DNA of 61,438 nucleotides from Chitinophagales bacterium (GTDB lineage Bacteria; Bacteroidota; Bacteroidia; Chitinophagales; Chitinophagaceae): NCBI GenBank assembly GCA_038234405.1, contig JBBQTZ010000001.1, positions 1 to 61,438 of the forward strand, read 5' to 3'. Shown piece by piece: positions 57,996 to 61,438 of this stretch (position 1 is its first letter; each line of letters starts with the position of its first letter). The notes under the pieces were generated by a model. It saw only the letters and a program-made list of their open reading frames with translations, ran no database searches and was not told where the DNA came from. The position numbers and the translations under genes were made by a program.

Positions 57996-59987
57996 ATGCT
58001 TAAAAATGCCCTTTATCTTCAGGTTGGTGCTAAAAATAGTACAATTAGCTATTTCAAATTTCTTTTTTCAGCCGTTTTCTTACTACTTACCATAGGCTTT
58101 TTTACAAATAATAGTTTTGCACAGCTTGGTCGCTGGCAGCAAAGGGTAAAGTACACTATGAATATTGATATGGATGTTATTACCAATCGCCTTACAGGTA
58201 AACAACAACTGCAATACAGTAATAACTCGCCCGATACACTCAAAAAAGTTTTCTACCATTTGTATTTTAATGCGTTTCAGCCAAACAGCAGTATGGATGT
58301 AAGAAGCCGTGAGCTTGGTAAATTTTTAATTAATGACAGGCCAGATTGGGATCCGAGGGTAAAAGACAGGATACTTAATTTAAAACCTGATGAAATAGGC
58401 TATCAAAAAATAATCTCCCTTAAAATGAATGGCATACCACAGCCATTTAAATACCACGAAACGATATTGGAAGTAAATTTGACTAAACCGGTGGCACCAA
58501 AATCTACAGTAATATTTACCATGGAATTTGAAGCACAGGTGCCCTTGCAGGTGCGGCGTAGTGGCAGGGATAATCCCAATACAAAGGTGCGCTACAGCAT
58601 GAGCCAATGGTATCCCAAAATGGTTGAATACGATTATGAAGGCTGGCATCCTACACCTTATGTAGCCCGTGAATTTTATGGAGTATGGGGCGATTTTGAT
58701 GTAACCATCCGTATAAATAAAAATTATAAACTTGGTGGAACCGGATTGCTAATGAATGCTGCAGACATAGGCTGGGGTTACGATGTAGCCAATACACCCG
58801 ATCTAAAACCTATTACTGCTGCAAAAAGAACCTGGCATTTTGTAGGAAATAATGTACATGATTTTGTGTGGGCTGCCGACCCGGACTACAAACATTTAAC
58901 CAGAAAAATGCCCAATAATGGTCCGGTTATAAACGTATTGTATAAAAATACAGAAGAGGTTACTGCCAATGAGCTTGCCTGGAAAAAAGTAGCAGATGCC
59001 GCAGTAATAGTATTGCCATTTATTGAAAAACATTTTGGCAAATATCCCTACCCACAATACTCTTTTATACACGGGGGAGATGGCGGCATGGAATATCCGA
59101 TGGCCACTTTACTGGTGGGCCCTGGCCTTGGCACTGTAATACATGAATGGATGCATAGCTGGTACCAAATGATGCTGGGTACAAATGAAAGTATGTATGC
59201 CTGGATGGATGAAGGTTTTACAGAATATGCAACTGATTTGGTAGAAGCATTCTATAGAGATAGTGTAACCAATGCAAAAAACGGTGAAAGTAATGAAAAT
59301 GAAAAAGTGATAAATTCGGAAGTGGTTTTGTTGCCTTTGGAGCACAATCCAAATTATAAATCTTATTATTTTATAGCTAAAAGCGGATTGGAAGAACCAT
59401 TAACCACCCACGCAGATCATTTTAATACCAACGCTGCTTATAGTATTGCATCCTACTCAAAAGGTGCTGTTTTTATGGAGCAGTTAGGCTATATTATTGG
59501 AGCCCCTGTTAGAGATAAATTATTGCTTGAATACTATAAACAATGGGCCTTTAAACATCCCAATTCATCAGACTTGATGAGGCTTGCAGAAACAGTAAGT
59601 GGCCTTCAGCTTGATTGGTACAAAGAGTACTGGTGCAATACCACAAAAACAATTGATTATGCCATTGACAGCCTATGGGAAGAAGCTGGTGAATCTAAAG
59701 TAAGACTAAAGAGATTAGGCCAAATGCCCATGCCTATTGACTTGCAGCTTACTTTTAAAGATGGTACTACCTTGCATTATACTATTCCGCTTAACCTAAT
59801 GTATGGTGCCAAAGCTGCCGAAACTTCACAACCGGTGGTTACACTCGAAGCATGGCGCTGGACACACCCAACCTATATTGTATCGTTTAAACAACGACTT
59901 ACTAATTTATTAAAAGTAGAGATAGACCCTAGCAAAAGAATGGCAGATGTGGAACAAAAAAATAATACGCTGGAAATTAAATGGTGA
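57996..59987 (+). CDS. M1 family zinc aminopeptidase (exported)
   Basis: GGMEY, HEWMH...WMDEG, YSKG; signal-like N-terminus (exact start uncertain). Confidence 0.92.
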   Translation: MLKNALYLQVGAKNSTISYFKFLFSAVFLLLTIGFFTNNSFAQLGRWQQRVKYTMNIDMDVITNRLTGKQQLQYSNNSPDTLKKVFYHLYFNAFQPNSSMDVRSRELGKFLINDRPDWDPRVKDRILNLKPDEIGYQKIISLKMNGIPQPFKYHETILEVNLTKPVAPKSTVIFTMEFEAQVPLQVRRSGRDNPNTKVRYSMSQWYPKMVEYDYEGWHPTPYVAREFYGVWGDFDVTIRINKNYKLGGTGLLMNAADIGWGYDVANTPDLKPITAAKRTWHFVGNNVHDFVWAADPDYKHLTRKMPNNGPVINVLYKNTEEVTANELAWKKVADAAVIVLPFIEKHFGKYPYPQYSFIHGGDGGMEYPMATLLVGPGLGTVIHEWMHSWYQMMLGTNESMYAWMDEGFTEYATDLVEAFYRDSVTNAKNGESNENEKVINSEVVLLPLEHNPNYKSYYFIAKSGLEEPLTTHADHFNTNAAYSIASYSKGAVFMEQLGYIIGAPVRDKLLLEYYKQWAFKHPNSSDLMRLAETVSGLQLDWYKEYWCNTTKTIDYAIDSLWEEAGESKVRLKRLGQMPMPIDLQLTFKDGTTLHYTIPLNLMYGAKAAETSQPVVTLEAWRWTHPTYIVSFKQRLTNLLKVEIDPSKRMADVEQKNNTLEIKW

Positions 59988-60316
59988 TGAATTTATAGGA
60001 TTAAGGCCTTAGTTTGCAAAGTTTTGTCGGTATTGAGTTATACTACATTTACTTTTTGCCTCCCGATTTTTTCGGAACAGGTTGATGCAAAAAATAACAA
60101 AAAAACCAAGGTTGTATTCGATTGAAAAGTAGGTGCCTATTTTTATGAATTTAAAAGATGTTTTTTGATTGAGCCTGTATTTTGCAGTTGAAAATTTCAT
60201 TACTATTGCAATTGCAAAATATTGATTGAAGCTTGTTGGGCAAGTTTGATATGTTGTTGGTTGTTTGCTATATTCTAAACTAACAGTATCTTTTTTTTAT
60301 TAATACCCATGATAGC

Positions 60317-61435
60317 ATGCGGAAATTTGTAATACTATTTTTTAAAATATTGAATATACTAGCAATATTTTTTTATTTATCGGCCTGTTTAATTCCATTT
60401 TTACCAGCGGGTAAATACTGGATGTTTGCTGTGGCAGGTTTATTATTTCCTTTAGCTGTTATAATACTAGTTTGTTTTTTAGCTGGCTGGCTACTTGCTA
60501 AAAACCGCAACTGGAGCCTGCTTTCATTTATAGTATTACTGCCGGGCTGGCAACAATTCAGCGCAATGGCTGGCTTACACACCAAACAAAAATTCAATTT
60601 TGCTAAAGAACCTGCTACACTTAGGGTACTGCAATGGAATGTTTCAAGTTGGGGGCTAAGCAATAAATCTCAACTACCGCAAACTAATTATGGCTCTTTT
60701 ACAATTGCATTAATTCAAGAGCAAAAGGCTGATATTTTATGTTTTCAGGAGTTTATAGAAAGAAAAGACTGGTATTCAAAAAAGTTAAACTTAGCGGTAT
60801 TTAAGCAAATGGGTTATCCCTACGCTCACTTTGTAAAATCTGTTAACGAAACTGGAAAGCTAGAGTCTGGCGTAGTAATTATTTCCAAATATCCCATTAC
60901 TGATACTGCCACCTACTTTTTTGGTGAATATGATGCTGCTGAGCACCTGATTTATGCAGATATTGAAATACATCAGCAAAAAATAAGGTTTTTTACTACA
61001 CATCTCCAATCTGTTAAGTTCAATGATGGTGAATATTCAGCAGTTACTAAAATAAAAAATAGCGATAAAGAAGGTTTAAAAGATTCAAGAACAATCATTC
61101 ATAAATTAAAATACGCTTATCATTACAGGCAAAGCCAGGCAGAGTTGGTTCATCAAAAAATTTTGGAAAGCCCTTATCCTGTTGTTATTTGTGGCGATTT
61201 TAACGATGTACCTAATTCCTATACTTACTTTACTATACGGGGAAATTTACAAGATGCTTTTGTGCAAAAGGGTAGTGGACTAGGCAGAACTTTTCAATAT
61301 TTATCCCCAACTCTTAGGATAGACTATATATTAGCCGATAAAAAATTTACCGTTTCGCAATACAACCGCATTATAGTGCCTTACTCAGATCATTACCCAA
61401 TAATAGCAGATATAACGCTTAATGGAGTGAAGTAA
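60317..61435 (+). CDS. Endonuclease/exonuclease/phosphatase family membrane-anchored protein
   Basis: N-terminal TMs; WNV, CFQE, THLQS, CGDFND, RIDYI, SDHYP. Confidence 0.92.
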   Translation: MRKFVILFFKILNILAIFFYLSACLIPFLPAGKYWMFAVAGLLFPLAVIILVCFLAGWLLAKNRNWSLLSFIVLLPGWQQFSAMAGLHTKQKFNFAKEPATLRVLQWNVSSWGLSNKSQLPQTNYGSFTIALIQEQKADILCFQEFIERKDWYSKKLNLAVFKQMGYPYAHFVKSVNETGKLESGVVIISKYPITDTATYFFGEYDAAEHLIYADIEIHQQKIRFFTTHLQSVKFNDGEYSAVTKIKNSDKEGLKDSRTIIHKLKYAYHYRQSQAELVHQKILESPYPVVICGDFNDVPNSYTYFTIRGNLQDAFVQKGSGLGRTFQYLSPTLRIDYILADKKFTVSQYNRIIVPYSDHYPIIADITLNGVK

Positions 61436-61438
61436 AAG

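Overview
AT-rich Bacteroidota DNA, probably Chitinophagaceae (inferred from TAnnTTTG-type promoters and gene content). Bases 1-10115 (minus strand) hold the 5' part of a giant (>3370 aa) secreted protein built from 76-aa Cys-containing SprB-type repeats. It is absent from the ORF track because its stop lies outside the window. Bases 10.3-23.7 kb are housekeeping: ABC-F, DUF3347, thrS-infC-rpmI-rplT, speA, pepP, pssA, purS, rsmI. Bases 24.0-57.6 kb form an accessory island: an orphan LytTR regulator, then candidate LytTR boxes in front of a near-complete Afp/PVC/AlgoCIS-type extracellular contractile injection system (cap, sheath, two tubes, plug, LysM-type initiator, VgrG, PAAR, gp25, two baseplates, PKD-repeat fibre-like protein, tape measure, AAA+ ATPase). 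A more GC-rich cargo cassette sits between the tape-measure and ATPase genes. It encodes a ~2160-aa DUF4157 protein with a hydrophobic hairpin, a putative nucleotidyltransferase domain and a putative C-terminal ADP-ribosyltransferase domain, plus a peptidoglycan-binding second cargo. A large double-Cache membrane protein closes the island. An M1 aminopeptidase and an EEP-family protein end the window. All family assignments come from motif recognition by eye; no searches were run.
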